Part shown: positions 10,734 to 23,204 of the stretch, piece after piece
Layout of the letters: every line of letters starts with the position of its first letter
Numbering within the stretch: position 1 is the first letter of the stretch
Assembly: GCA_049852185.1 (NCBI GenBank)
Contig: CP187540.1
From: Methanocaldococcus sp. 28A
GTDB taxonomy: Archaea; AGJL01; Methanococci; Methanococcales; Methanocaldococcaceae
Length of the DNA: 64,000 bases
Reading direction: 5' to 3' (one strand)
Position numbers and translations under genes: made by a program
The notes under the pieces: model-generated
What the model saw: only the letters and a program-made list of their open reading frames with translations
Databases searched by the model: none
What the model was told of the DNA's origin: nothing

Positions 10734-11759
10734 TTATTCATGTAATTCATATAACTTAATTAAGCTTCTTCTAATTATAGCTTCAATAGCTTTCTCTCCA
10801 ACTAATGATGTGGCTTCTTTTATAAAAATTTGAGGAGCTACTAAATATGTCTCATTAACTTCTTTCTCTCCAATAGTTGATTTATCAAACTCTTCGATAA
10901 TCTTCAAAGCTAACTTTAAATCTTTCTGCTTTTCATCAATTAGCATATTTTTTACAGATGTAATTAAAACATCTTTATCTAAAACCTTCATCAAACCTTC
11001 AAGTCCTGAAGTTTCAACAATCGATGCTATAGTTTGAAGGGACATAAATATTTGCTTTTCTATCATCTTCTTTGGAGCATTAATAATTTCTTTTCCGACT
11101 CTATAATAGTCTAAGACTCCTACTAAAGTAGTAGCAGTAACTAAAACATTCATATCGGCAATTGCAGGCACTACATCTGCAGGAGCTATATATGGTGTTT
11201 TTCCAATGCTTTTCACTAGTTCAACTAATTTGTTTATTTGTTCTTCTGTTACATACTCTTTACCTTCTAATGCTTTTCCAGCAATTGTATAATATTTCTG
11301 TCCTGGAGTTCCTGGAACTCCTGTTGGGTGCATTGATGAAATTCCAACATCTTTTCTTTTTAATCTTAAAATTCCTTCCAATGACCTATATAAAACAGGA
11401 GTAGGAATAGTACATGTGTTACAAATAACAGCATTTTCGGGGACATGTTCAATAATCTTCTTTGCAATGTTTATTGTTATTTTACCAAACGGTGTAAATA
11501 AGATATGAACTTCTCCATGTTTTGCTGCTTCTATATCATCACTAACAACTTTAACTCCAGCTTCTTCAACTTTCTTCCATAATTCTTCACTCATTACATC
11601 TTTATTAGGTTCTGATAGGATAACATCATGTCCAGCTTTAGCAAATTCTATAGCCATTCTTGCTCCACCATAAGGTGGTTCTCCACCAAATTTTTCTGGT
11701 AGATTTAATTGGTTTATATATAAATCTTGATTTCCCGCTCCGTATATTGATATTTTCAT
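10734..11759 (-). CDS. Hmd paralog (HmdII/HmdIII family)
   Basis: YGAGNQ.LY, GGEPPYGG, LFTPFG, NTCT, SSMHP.GVPG. Confidence 0.9.
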   Translation of the reverse strand: MKISIYGAGNQDLYINQLNLPEKFGGEPPYGGARMAIEFAKAGHDVILSEPNKDVMSEELWKKVEEAGVKVVSDDIEAAKHGEVHILFTPFGKITINIAKKIIEHVPENAVICNTCTIPTPVLYRSLEGILRLKRKDVGISSMHPTGVPGTPGQKYYTIAGKALEGKEYVTEEQINKLVELVKSIGKTPYIAPADVVPAIADMNVLVTATTLVGVLDYYRVGKEIINAPKKMIEKQIFMSLQTIASIVETSGLEGLMKVLDKDVLITSVKNMLIDEKQKDLKLALKIIEEFDKSTIGEKEVNETYLVAPQIFIKEATSLVGEKAIEAIIRRSLIKLYELHE

Positions 11760-11799
11760 TTTAATCCCTCCATAGTAAAATTTAGAAGACTTAATTAGT

Positions 11800-12144
11800 T
11801 TAAATCATAGCTTTTATTTTTTCTGCAGCTCTTTTCATAGTAATTCTAATTAGACCTAAGTTAACTTTTGCATCAGTTAAAACAACTAAGATTCCCTCAC
11901 CAGCATCGACCATTAAAGTTTTACCATGCTCTCCTTCAACCATTGTTTGCACTAAACTACCCATACCAATTTCTGCAGCTGTTCTCTCAGCTGCCCCAAA
12001 TGCTGCTGATGCCATAGCCCCTACTAACTCGGCATCAATATTTCCTGGCAATTGAGTAGCTATAACTAATCCATCTTTCCCTACAACCATTGAACCTTTA
12101 ATCCCTTCTGTCTTATTTAGCTCTATTAATACTCTATCTATCAT
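11800..12144 (-). CDS. Roadblock/LC7 domain protein
   Basis: [16 protein letters not shown]...[13 protein letters not shown]...NLGLIR. Confidence 0.9.
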   Translation of the reverse strand: MIDRVLIELNKTEGIKGSMVVGKDGLVIATQLPGNIDAELVGAMASAAFGAAERTAAEIGMGSLVQTMVEGEHGKTLMVDAGEGILVVLTDAKVNLGLIRITMKRAAEKIKAMI

Positions 12145-12365
12145 ACTATCCTTCTAAAATATGTCATGTAGATATCGAAATTTGGATCTTAGTTTAAAAT
12201 ATTTATTTTTTAATTGTGTAATAATAACTTACATATGAAAATTATATAACATTAATGGTTCGAAATTCGATAAATATTTAATTACTTGGTTTTAAATTTA
12301 TCCCATATATATATATTTCGTTTCTCATATCTTCTAATTTTCCTTATGATAATATTATACAGTAT

Positions 12366-13010
12366 CTACGAATATGCATTAGACATACACAACCAAGTAT
12401 TACGCATAACCATGATTGAATAATCGAACTCATTTAATAACTTACATATTTCGACGATGAAGAATTTTAAAGAAATACATTCTTTTTTATTACGAATTTT
12501 AATCTATAAGTTATGAATAACGCATTTAAGCATAAAAAGGAACAACCTAACTTTTAAAGAGATTGATTTCGTTTTTATAACTGCATCTTTAAGCATTCTA
12601 AATCGTGTTTCAATATTCTATCGTTTTTTATACATTTTTATGTAAGATTCTTGATTTTCAAAGTTGATATTAGTTAAAAAGGTATATTATACCTTTTTTC
12701 TTTTGTAGTTTGTAATTATTTCGTCCTCAGCAATAACTAATTTAGGAATAGTATTTTTATCGATAACATAATCGAATTTCCATTTTTCTTCTTTTTTATA
12801 TTCATCCTCAAGATAGTATTTAACTTTATCATTTTTCGGAATAAAGCTTATGTAATTACATCCGTATTTTTCAAAAATTTTTATTATTTCAAAATTTTTA
12901 AACTCTCTAATCGTATGGATTTATTTTTAAATCGTTAATAGCTAAGTGTAAAATCTCTCTTACATGGTTAAACAACGAATCCTCTTAATAGGAATATCGC
13001 AACAGTGCCA
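12366..13010 (-). pseudogene. Degraded IS4/ISH3-like DDE transposase
   Basis: Manual translation FLTNINF...MYKKR*NIETRFRMLKD...VRLFLFMLKCVIHNL*; Y..RW.IE..FR..K signature with both Trp codons read as TAG; boundaries approximate. Confidence 0.7.
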
Positions 13011-13043
13011 TTAATATGATTAAAATAATAATTAGGTGGAATT

Positions 13044-13135
13044 ATAGTAGGTATACAAAATAAAATAAAATTTAAACTTTTATAAGAACAATTTGAATGC
13101 CTTATTTTAATTAAGATACTTTTACACACAACTAT
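13044..13135. repeat. Degenerate ATAGTTGTGTGCAAAA-family palindromic element lacking its central hairpin
   Basis: Aligns with 4687-4796 and 61691-61802. Confidence 0.75.
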
Positions 13136-13158
13136 ATTTAAACAATGGAAAAAATAAT

Positions 13159-14202
13159 TTAATATATAGGAATTTCTGCCTTACTTAATTTTTCAAATCC
13201 ATTTTTTTTAATTAAATATAAATCTTCTATTCTTACACCAAATTTATTTTTTAAATATAAACCCGGCTCAATAGTTATTACCATACCTTCTTTTAAAATA
13301 ATATTCTCATTATCTTTTAATTTGTTCGATAATCTTGGCTCTTCATGAACTTCTAACCCAACACCATGTCCTAAAGAGTGGATAAACAACTTTTCATAAT
13401 CTCCCAAGAACTCTCTAACTATATTATCAATTTGTTTAGCAGATATTCCTTCTTTTAAATATTTTTCAGCAACTTTTTTTGCTTCATAAACTAAGCTGTA
13501 GATTTTTTTCATCTCTTCATCATCATCTTTTAATAAAAATGTTCTTGTTATGTCTGAACAGTAGCCATCATAAACAGCTCCAATGTCAATTAATAAAATA
13601 TCCTCTATTTTATCTTTTGTAGGTAAAGCATGAGGAAAAGAAGTTTTTTTACCAGAAACAACAATAGAATCAAATGCTGGCTTTATTGAACCATGCTTTT
13701 TCATAATATATTCTATCTCTGCCACCAACTCATATTCATTTAGATTTTTTACATCATATAAATTATTTAAAACCCAATTCATGGCTTTATCACTAATCTC
13801 AGTGGCTTTTTTAATTAATTCTATTTCATTTTTGTCTTTAATCATTCTCATCTCTCTAATTTTGTCGGATATTATTTTATAGTCTTTATCAATATATTTT
13901 AAATAACTAATTGGTAGTTCCTTCTCAACTCCATCACATCCTTTAAATATCTCCTCCCAGCTTTTGAACTCTCTAATTTCTAAAAAGTTAAAAAGTTCTT
14001 CAGCATAATCTTTATCAAGTTTTCCAACATATAGATGAGGTTGTTCTTCAAAAACTAAGATAGAAAAGCTCATAAAATATTTTCCTAAGAAGTAATTTAT
14101 ATTTTCTTTTTTAAATATCACAGCCTTTTTTATACCTTCACTTTCCATATATTTTAAGAATCTCTCAATTCTATTATTCATTACTATCATTATTATCACC
14201 AA
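13159..14202 (-). CDS. Xaa-Pro aminopeptidase/prolidase (M24)
   Basis: DIGAVYDGYCSDITRT, HSLGHGVGLEVHEEP, TIEPG, GVRIED. Confidence 0.93.
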   Translation of the reverse strand: MVIIMIVMNNRIERFLKYMESEGIKKAVIFKKENINYFLGKYFMSFSILVFEEQPHLYVGKLDKDYAEELFNFLEIREFKSWEEIFKGCDGVEKELPISYLKYIDKDYKIISDKIREMRMIKDKNEIELIKKATEISDKAMNWVLNNLYDVKNLNEYELVAEIEYIMKKHGSIKPAFDSIVVSGKKTSFPHALPTKDKIEDILLIDIGAVYDGYCSDITRTFLLKDDDEEMKKIYSLVYEAKKVAEKYLKEGISAKQIDNIVREFLGDYEKLFIHSLGHGVGLEVHEEPRLSNKLKDNENIILKEGMVITIEPGLYLKNKFGVRIEDLYLIKKNGFEKLSKAEIPIY

Positions 14203-14217
14203 ATAGGGCTGGTTGTT

Positions 14218-14724
14218 ATGATAATTTATAAGGAGATATCAAATCTTAATAAAAAATTTCCTTTGCTGAATGAAGAAAAAATACTTTTAGGAACTGACGG
14301 AAGTGTAACAAATATTTTAGAAATTTTATTTGAAGATGTTTGTAAAGTAGAAACAATAAACCAAAAAATTGTCGATAATGTAAATTATAGAGAGGTTATT
14401 CTTAAAGTTAATAATATTCCATTAGTTTATGCTATTTCAAAAACTCCTTTTAAAAATATAGAAGAGGAAAATCTTAGAGAAGAGATAAAAAAAGATTTAT
14501 TGTCAGCAGATATCCCAATAGGAAAAATTATAAGAAAACACAACTTAGAAACAAGGAGGGAGATTAAATACATAGGCATTGCAGAGCTTGACGATAGATT
14601 AAAATCACTACTAAAAACCAAACACAATAAATTACCAAAAAGAACATATAACATAATATATAAAAATAAATTATTGATGGAAATCACTGAAATATTTGCT
14701 ATCAGAGGAAAATTAGTAGATTAA
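14218..14724 (+). CDS. Chorismate lyase-like (UbiC/DUF98) protein
   Basis: LLGTDGSVT.ILE, REVIL, DIPIGKII, R.Y.I...ITEIF. Confidence 0.8.
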   Translation: MIIYKEISNLNKKFPLLNEEKILLGTDGSVTNILEILFEDVCKVETINQKIVDNVNYREVILKVNNIPLVYAISKTPFKNIEEENLREEIKKDLLSADIPIGKIIRKHNLETRREIKYIGIAELDDRLKSLLKTKHNKLPKRTYNIIYKNKLLMEITEIFAIRGKLVD

Positions 14725-14784
14725 GAGGAGTTGCTTCCATAAGGATGCAATTCATCAATTTTGATGGAACTTTATTAAAGTTTC
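14723..14784 (+). repeat. Double-hairpin element (AAGAGG-hairpin-CATC...GAACTTTATTAAAGTTTC)
   Basis: 5' hairpin GAGTTGCTTCC-ATAA-GGATGCAATTC; 3' hairpin resembles the one at 56814-56840. Confidence 0.55.
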
Positions 14785-14810
14785 TTATGGAGATATTTGC
14801 AGGTGGAACT

Positions 14811-15812
14811 ATGAGAGAGGCTATGTTTTATGAAAAGTTGCCAGATAATAAAGTTAGATGCAACTTATGTCCAAGACATTGTATAATTAAAAATGGGGAG
14901 AGAGGCTTCTGCTGGAATAAACAAAATATAAATGGAACTTTATATGCTGTAGGTTATGGAAAAGTTTGCTCATTAGCAATAGACCCAATAGAAAAAAAGC
15001 CATTATTTCATTTCTATCCAACAACTCAAGTGGTTTCTTTAGCTATTGGTGGCTGTAATTTTAGATGCTTACACTGTCAAAATTGGACAATCTCCCAATT
15101 TCCACCAGATGAAATTCCTTATAGAGAGATGACACCAGAAGAAATAGTTGAGATTGCTATAAAATACAACTGCCCAGGAATATCTTACACATACACTGAA
15201 CCAACAGTATATTATGAATTTATGTATGACACTTCAGTTGTAGCAAGAGAGAATGGGCTATTTAATGTTATGATTACCAATGGTTATATTGAAAAAGAAC
15301 CATTAAAAGCCCTTCCTGTAGATGCGATGAACATAGATATTAAAGGAAATGCTGATTTTTATAAAAAAGTATGTAAAGCAACTTTAGAGCCAGTATTAGA
15401 AACCTGCAAATTAGCAAAAAAATTAGGAATACATGTAGAGATTACAAATTTAATAGTTCCAGGTTATAATGACAATATAGATGATTTGTTATTTATAATA
15501 CACTTTGTAAGGGATGAGTTGGGAAAAGAAACTCCATTACATTTTTCAAGATTTCATCCTGATTATAAATTAACTGACGTTCCTCCAACACCAATAAAAA
15601 CCTTAGAAATAGCAAGAAATTTAGCTATTGAGGAGGGGCTTAAATATGTTTATATTGGAAATGTTCCTGGGCATGAGGGAGAAAACACCTATTGCCCAAA
15701 CTGTGGAGCTTTGTTAATAGAAAGGTATATATTCAACGCTAAGATAATTAATTTAGATGTAGAAACAAAAAGATGTCTAATTTGTGGGGAAAAAATTGAT
15801 ATAATTATTTAA
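14811..15812 (+). CDS. amrS: AmmeMemoRadiSam radical SAM enzyme
   Basis: C.LCPRHC N-terminus, DPIEKKPLFHF, GCNFRCLHCQN; RBS GGTGG before ATG 14811. Confidence 0.92.
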   Translation: MREAMFYEKLPDNKVRCNLCPRHCIIKNGERGFCWNKQNINGTLYAVGYGKVCSLAIDPIEKKPLFHFYPTTQVVSLAIGGCNFRCLHCQNWTISQFPPDEIPYREMTPEEIVEIAIKYNCPGISYTYTEPTVYYEFMYDTSVVARENGLFNVMITNGYIEKEPLKALPVDAMNIDIKGNADFYKKVCKATLEPVLETCKLAKKLGIHVEITNLIVPGYNDNIDDLLFIIHFVRDELGKETPLHFSRFHPDYKLTDVPPTPIKTLEIARNLAIEEGLKYVYIGNVPGHEGENTYCPNCGALLIERYIFNAKIINLDVETKRCLICGEKIDIII

Positions 15813-15842
15813 ATTTATATTTGATTATTTAATTTAAGAATT

Positions 15843-15904
15843 TAGCGCGATGATGAGTGCCGACTTCCCTGAACTGTGATGACACCTGGGACAACTGAGC
15901 GTTA
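15843..15904 (+). ncRNA. Box C/D 2'-O-methylation guide sRNA
   Basis: C ATGATGA 15850-56, D' CTGA 15869-72, C' GTGATGA 15876-82, D CTGA 15895-98, two 12-nt guides, terminal stem TAGCGC/GCGTTA. Confidence 0.93.
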
Positions 15905-15944
15905 CTATTTTTATTAATTAAATTAGAACATATTAGGTGGAATT

Positions 15945-16550
15945 ATGAGATTACTAACCTTAGAAGAGGGAAAATTTGCAGTAAAATTTGCAAGGGTAGT
16001 AATAGAAAACTATTTAGCAGGCAATAATATAATTATAAAGAATTACCCTCCCATATTTAATGAAAAAAGAGGATGTTTTTGCACTCTCCACACATATCCA
16101 GATAAAGAACTTAGGGGATGTATTGGAATTCCAGAGCCAATAATGCCTTTAATTGAAGCTTTAAAAGAAGCAGCAATAAGTGCAGCTACAAAAGACCCAA
16201 GATTTATTCCAGTAACCTTAGAAGAGATGGATAACATTGTGGTTGAAGTTAGTATCTTAACTCCTCCAGAACTTATTAAAGTTAGAAATCCAAGAGAGTA
16301 TTTAGAGAAAATAAAAATTGGCAGAGATGGATTAATTATAGAGTATGGATTACATAGAGGGTTGTTATTGCCTCAAGTACCTGTTGAGTATGGATGGGAT
16401 GTTGAAGAATATTTAGCTAATTTATGTCTAAAAGCAGGGCTACCACCTGATATGTGGTTAGCTGAAGGAGTTAAAATTTATAGATTTGAGGCACAAATAT
16501 TTGAAGAAATTGAGCCAAGAGGAGAAATTGTTGAGAAAAAACTAATATAA
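15945..16550 (+). CDS. amrA: AMMECR1-domain protein
   Basis: LRGCIG, DPRF, EVSILT, GLLLPQV, LCLKAGL. Confidence 0.92.
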   Translation: MRLLTLEEGKFAVKFARVVIENYLAGNNIIIKNYPPIFNEKRGCFCTLHTYPDKELRGCIGIPEPIMPLIEALKEAAISAATKDPRFIPVTLEEMDNIVVEVSILTPPELIKVRNPREYLEKIKIGRDGLIIEYGLHRGLLLPQVPVEYGWDVEEYLANLCLKAGLPPDMWLAEGVKIYRFEAQIFEEIEPRGEIVEKKLI

Positions 16551-16567
16551 TTCTGATAGTTTGGTAA

Positions 16568-17887
16568 TTAAGATACTGCTTTATATATTTTTCTTGCTTC
16601 TTCATCCACTAAATCATAAACTTTTATAACTTCATCAGAAATTATTTTCAAAGTTTCTGTTGGAAAGGTTTCCACAAACACAGAGATTAATTTAACATTA
16701 TGTTCATTTTTAAATTTGTCAAATTCTTTTAAAAAGGCATCATTCACTTCAGCATAGCCATCAGTTATCAACAGGATATCTGCATTTTTGAAGGTTTCGT
16801 TTTCGTTTATTATTTTTATTGCTCTATTTAACGGCTCTATGAAATTTGTTCCCCCACCAAAATATAAGGAAGCTATTTCAATTATTTCATCTATAGTTAT
16901 ATTCTTAGGATTTATCTTTTTTTCAAATCTAACTCCATCATCAAAGGCAATGTAATATATATCCCTATTTTCTCTCTTAGCAATCTCTATTAAAGATAAA
17001 GTAACAGCCTTTCCCCAAATTTCCCTTTCTCCATACATTGAACCACTGTGGTCTAATAAAACTACAATCGGCCCTTTTTGCTTTTCTAATTTATTTTGAA
17101 TATCATAAATTAAGAGTTTTTTATCAGCAAATCTTCTTAAAAAGTCATAATACAAAATCTCATCAGAAAAATTAGCAATCTCTTTTGGTAGTAGATGCTT
17201 TAAATCTCTCCCAATTTTTGTAGAATAAATTTCTCCAGAGTAATGTTTAATCTTTGATTTGTATTCATTTATAGCCAATAATCTTAATTTACCAAGTTTT
17301 TTCACAATCTCTCTAATTTTTTTATTCTGTAGAATTTTATCTGCCAAATTTATTCTTTCATCAGGAGATAACAGCTTTTTATGCCCTTCTCCTCTACCAA
17401 AATTCTCAACGGCATTAAATCCTTGCATAATTTCAGAAACTTCTTCTGATATGTCTTTCATAGTTTCTTTGGCAGTTTCTTTTAATTTATCTTCCAATCC
17501 ATCTCCTTTTCCTTCAGATATAAATTTTTTTATTTCTTTATTTAGCTTTTTAAGTTTTAAATTTTCAAAAAATTTTTCACAAAACATTATTGTGGCTGTT
17601 CCAGCATTTACTTCATCCAATTCAGTTAAAAGTTTACTTTTTTCATACTCAATATTTTTTATAGCACCTTCTAATATTGCCTTATTTATCTTAAATTTTT
17701 CTTCAACATGCTCATTAAATTCAACGACATATTTAAAGAAGGCATAAAAGGTATCTTCAGCCAATTTTTCATGGATTGGATGGAATTGAGAATAATAGCT
17801 AAGGAGTTTTTGTAGATATTTGCTATTCTTTAAAAATCTTTCAAATGCCTTTTTATCATAAGTATCATGCTTTATAACATTTTTCAT
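16568..17887 (-). CDS. VWA-domain protein (ViaA-like)
   Basis: MIDAS DHSGSM, GGGTNF, LITDG; adjacent to MoxR ATPase. Confidence 0.88.
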   Translation of the reverse strand: MKNVIKHDTYDKKAFERFLKNSKYLQKLLSYYSQFHPIHEKLAEDTFYAFFKYVVEFNEHVEEKFKINKAILEGAIKNIEYEKSKLLTELDEVNAGTATIMFCEKFFENLKLKKLNKEIKKFISEGKGDGLEDKLKETAKETMKDISEEVSEIMQGFNAVENFGRGEGHKKLLSPDERINLADKILQNKKIREIVKKLGKLRLLAINEYKSKIKHYSGEIYSTKIGRDLKHLLPKEIANFSDEILYYDFLRRFADKKLLIYDIQNKLEKQKGPIVVLLDHSGSMYGEREIWGKAVTLSLIEIAKRENRDIYYIAFDDGVRFEKKINPKNITIDEIIEIASLYFGGGTNFIEPLNRAIKIINENETFKNADILLITDGYAEVNDAFLKEFDKFKNEHNVKLISVFVETFPTETLKIISDEVIKVYDLVDEEARKIYKAVS

Positions 17888-17914
17888 AAGCTATCACTTA
17901 ATTATTTATATTAT

Positions 17915-19045
17915 TTATTTTTTTAATAATTCTTCAACATATTTTTTGAATCCTTCAACTTCCTTCAAAACATCTTCAACAAGCTCATAAGGTTTATTAG
18001 CTTCAATTGCTTTATTTTTTACATCTTTTAAGGTTATAGACATGCTATTTAGCTTCCCTAAAATTTCAAGGCATTTTCTATACTCTATTCCTCCTAACTG
18101 TATTCTATCTTTATTAATTTTCTTTATTTCATTCATTAAGCTGTCTAAAATTTCTCTCTGCTCCAAAGCAAAGCCAGCAAAGTGATTGGACAATTTAAAA
18201 ATTTCAACTGAAACTTTAAAGAATTCATCTGGCTCATTCCAATATATATGCCTTAAAATGTCTAAATCATTCTCATCTGCTTTTTCTTTTTCGTTTAGGT
18301 AGGAGAAGCATTTAACTGCTTTAACAGACTTTTTAAACCTTCTATCAGAGATTTTTATTCCTTCACTCTCCAATGATAATTTTATTTTAATCAAATCTTC
18401 TTTTATATTTGAGATATCAACTTTTAAAGCTTCTTTTTGCATTTCTTTAATATCTTCAACATCAATAACAGTTTTTGGCTTATATTCATCTTCTAAATCA
18501 ATCAGCTTTGATAGGTTTTCGTAGCTTCTAATTCCCTTAACAACTTTTCTAAACAAAAATCTATCATAAAAAGCTAAGAGCTCATTTTCTTCAGGGAGTT
18601 CATTTGAAGCTCCGAAGAGGCTAATTAGGGGCACTTTCTCTATCCTATCCCCATTGTGATAAATCCTCTCATTAATTATTGAAAGTAGAGCGTTTAATAT
18701 GGAGCTATTAGCTTTAAAAACCTCATCTAAGAATGCTATCTCTGCTGTTGGCAAATAACCAGAAGTTTTTCTGACAAACCTATCGTTGTCTTTTAACTCT
18801 TTAATACTTAAAGGTCCAAATAACTCATCTTCGGTTGTAAACCTTGTTATAAGTTTTTCGAAATAATTGGCATTAATATGTGAGGCTATAGCCCTAATTA
18901 ATTGTGATTTAGCAACTCCTGGATTTCCTAAAAAGACTGTATGTTCATTAGCCAAAATTGAAGTTAATGCAATATCTATTTCTTCCCTCCTCTCTAAAAA
19001 ATAAAAGTTCAACTCTTTTCTTATTTTTTCAAGCATATTTTCCAC
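17915..19045 (-). CDS. MoxR/RavA-like AAA+ ATPase
   Basis: GNPGVAKS, LDEVFKA, GASNELP, YDRF. Confidence 0.9.
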   Translation of the reverse strand: MENMLEKIRKELNFYFLERREEIDIALTSILANEHTVFLGNPGVAKSQLIRAIASHINANYFEKLITRFTTEDELFGPLSIKELKDNDRFVRKTSGYLPTAEIAFLDEVFKANSSILNALLSIINERIYHNGDRIEKVPLISLFGASNELPEENELLAFYDRFLFRKVVKGIRSYENLSKLIDLEDEYKPKTVIDVEDIKEMQKEALKVDISNIKEDLIKIKLSLESEGIKISDRRFKKSVKAVKCFSYLNEKEKADENDLDILRHIYWNEPDEFFKVSVEIFKLSNHFAGFALEQREILDSLMNEIKKINKDRIQLGGIEYRKCLEILGKLNSMSITLKDVKNKAIEANKPYELVEDVLKEVEGFKKYVEELLKK

Positions 19046-19813
19046 CTAAATTTTGTATTTATTTAAATAACCTCTTGGAGTTATCATCTTGTCATTTATA
19101 ATCTTTGTTGAAGAATTTCCAATGATTAATATTGTATTCATATCTATAAACTCTAAGTATTTTTCTAAGTTATTATAAAGCTCCTTAAAGTTTGTAATTA
19201 AAACTTCTTCTTTTTCTCTCCCAGCATTTTTAACTATTCCAATAATATAATCTCTATCTTTTTCTTTTGTAAAATTGTTTAATATTTCCATAGCTTTTAA
19301 AAATGGCTCTTTTCTCTTTTTACTTAATGGATTGTATATACAGATAACAAAATCTCCTTCTAACGCAAATCTAAATCTTTTTAATATTAAATCTAAAGGA
19401 GTTAATAAATCACTAAAGCTTATGACAACAAAGTCATGATTTAATGGACTTCCTAAGATTGCAGAAGCTAATGAAGCAGCTGTTATACCTGGAATAACTT
19501 TTATATCTACATTGTATCCTTTAGCTTCGTTTATCTCATAAGCTAAAGAAGCTAAGCCATAAATTGTTGCATCACCACTTGAGACTAAAGCAACATCTTT
19601 ATCTTTTGCCTCTTTTAAAGCATAATCAACTCTATCAATCTCTTTTGTCATACCTGTTGTATATATTGGTTTATTAAACCTCTCAACAAACTTTTTGTAG
19701 TTTTTATAACATACAATTAAATCTACGTTATTTAATATCTCCTCTGCCTCTTTTGTAAAATGCCTTTCACTGCCACTACCTATACCTACAACAAATAGCA
19801 TATTTTCAACCAT
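19046..19813 (-). CDS. cbiH: Cobalt-precorrin-3B C17-methyltransferase
   Basis: VVGIG.G, VSSGDATIYG, ISFSDLLTP, YNP, ITPRGY. Confidence 0.92.
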   Translation of the reverse strand: MVENMLFVVGIGSGSERHFTKEAEEILNNVDLIVCYKNYKKFVERFNKPIYTTGMTKEIDRVDYALKEAKDKDVALVSSGDATIYGLASLAYEINEAKGYNVDIKVIPGITAASLASAILGSPLNHDFVVISFSDLLTPLDLILKRFRFALEGDFVICIYNPLSKKRKEPFLKAMEILNNFTKEKDRDYIIGIVKNAGREKEEVLITNFKELYNNLEKYLEFIDMNTILIIGNSSTKIINDKMITPRGYLNKYKI

Positions 19814-19828
19814 TAAAAAATAATTTAA

Positions 19829-21727
<1,899 letters not shown>

Positions 21728-21731
<4 letters not shown>

Positions 21732-22621
21732 TTTATCACCGTCAATATCTCTTCAGAAGCATCTGTTGGCTCTTTAAATCCTATATATACCTCTTTAACA
21801 ATTTTTTTTATAAATTTCTCTTTATTTTTCTCAATTTTGGAGCTTTGAATACATAAAGGGCAGTAATTTAAATAATTTTCATCCTTTTTAATTTTTATTG
21901 GAAAGAGTTCAAAAAAGTTTATAATTATTGCATTCTTATATTTAAAAACTTCACAATTTAAACAGCTTGTAAATATATAGCCTTCTAAATCTTCTATAAT
22001 TTTATCCTTTAAAAATCCGCAAGGAAATGAATTTATAAGATTTTTTATTTCATCTTTTGTTAAGTTTAATTTTAAAAATTCATGCTCTATATTCTTTTTA
22101 TTTAAAAAATCTGAAATCTTTTCTTTTGTTTTTTGTGGAACTAACGCTGGAAAGTCATAAGTTATTGCTTTGATGTTAAAAATGTTTGATAAGATATCTA
22201 AGGAATATAAATCATATTGACAATGGATTAAACAAATAACATCTTTTTTCTCTTTAGGAATTTCTTTGTATAAAAAATAGTTACAGATATCTTGAAAAAT
22301 GCTATCTTCAAATAGAGATTTAATTGCTTTTATTCTCTCCTCAAATAAAACTTTGTCAGTATAATCTTCAACTCTTATAATTTCAAATCTATCTTTCATC
22401 TCTTCCCTTAATTTTCCAACTACCCAACCTCCAGGCCCTATAATTGTAGATTTATCAGTTCTGTTTTTTGTGTAAATGGTTAATATCTTTTCATTAACTT
22501 CAATATCTACTATATCAAATAATGCTTTATTTAACTCCAAACTTTCTCTAATTCTTTTAACTTTATTTTTAATTTCATTAATTAGCTGTATTTTTGACTG
22601 CAATGATTGTTTGCCCTGCAT
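21728..22621 (-). CDS. KH-domain-containing hypothetical protein
   Basis: [20 protein letters not shown] GxxG loop. Confidence 0.7.
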
Positions 22622-23204
22622 ATACCTTCTCTCCTACTTTAACTGTTATATTGTAATTAGATGGGATTATAACTGCTGTTTGTGAGCCTAATTTTATTTT
22701 TCCAATTCTCTGTCCTATTTCAACATAATCTCCTTCGTTTATACTTAACCAGCATCTTCTTGCAACAAAACCAGCTATTTGAACTACACCTATATAATCA
22801 GAACCATTTTTTATTATAACAATATTTCTCTCATTTATTTTTTCAACTCCATCTAAAAATGCTGGATAAAAGCTCCCATCAATATGCTTTATATAAACTA
22901 CTTTTCCACTTATAGGTGCTCTATTAACATGCACATCAAATGGAGACATGAAAATGCCAATAACATAACAACCATTTGGGAAGTATTTTGAAACATTTAG
23001 AACATAGCAATTTCCATCTTTAAAAACTTCTGCTTCTCCGTTTTTGTAGAATTTTATATACTCTACTGTTCCATCGGCTGGGGATATTATAATGTTATTT
23101 CCTTTTGTTATCTCCCTATCTGGGTCTCTATAAAAATAAACTGTAAATAACAGTAATGAACAAACAGCTATAGCGAAAAATTTTTTATATTTCCCCATAA
23201 TCAT
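22578..23204 (-). CDS. psd: Archaetidylserine/phosphatidylserine decarboxylase proenzyme
   Basis: [29 protein letters not shown] cleavage site. Confidence 0.92.
   Translation of the reverse strand: MIMGKYKKFFAIAVCSLLLFTVYFYRDPDREITKGNNIIISPADGTVEYIKFYKNGEAEVFKDGNCYVLNVSKYFPNGCYVIGIFMSPFDVHVNRAPISGKVVYIKHIDGSFYPAFLDGVEKINERNIVIIKNGSDYIGVVQIAGFVARRCWLSINEGDYVEIGQRIGKIKLGSQTAVIIPSNYNITVKVGEKVYAGQTIIAVKNTAN

Noticed and set aside
12500-12625. In-frame TAG codons as pyrrolysine read-through
   Set aside because: Both fall at conserved Trp positions (TGG>TAG) in a decayed transposase; Methanococcales are not known to use Pyl.
16568-19045. AAA ATPase + VWA pair as a defence system
   Set aside because: Typical MoxR/RavA-ViaA chaperone pair inside a housekeeping operon with host-like composition.
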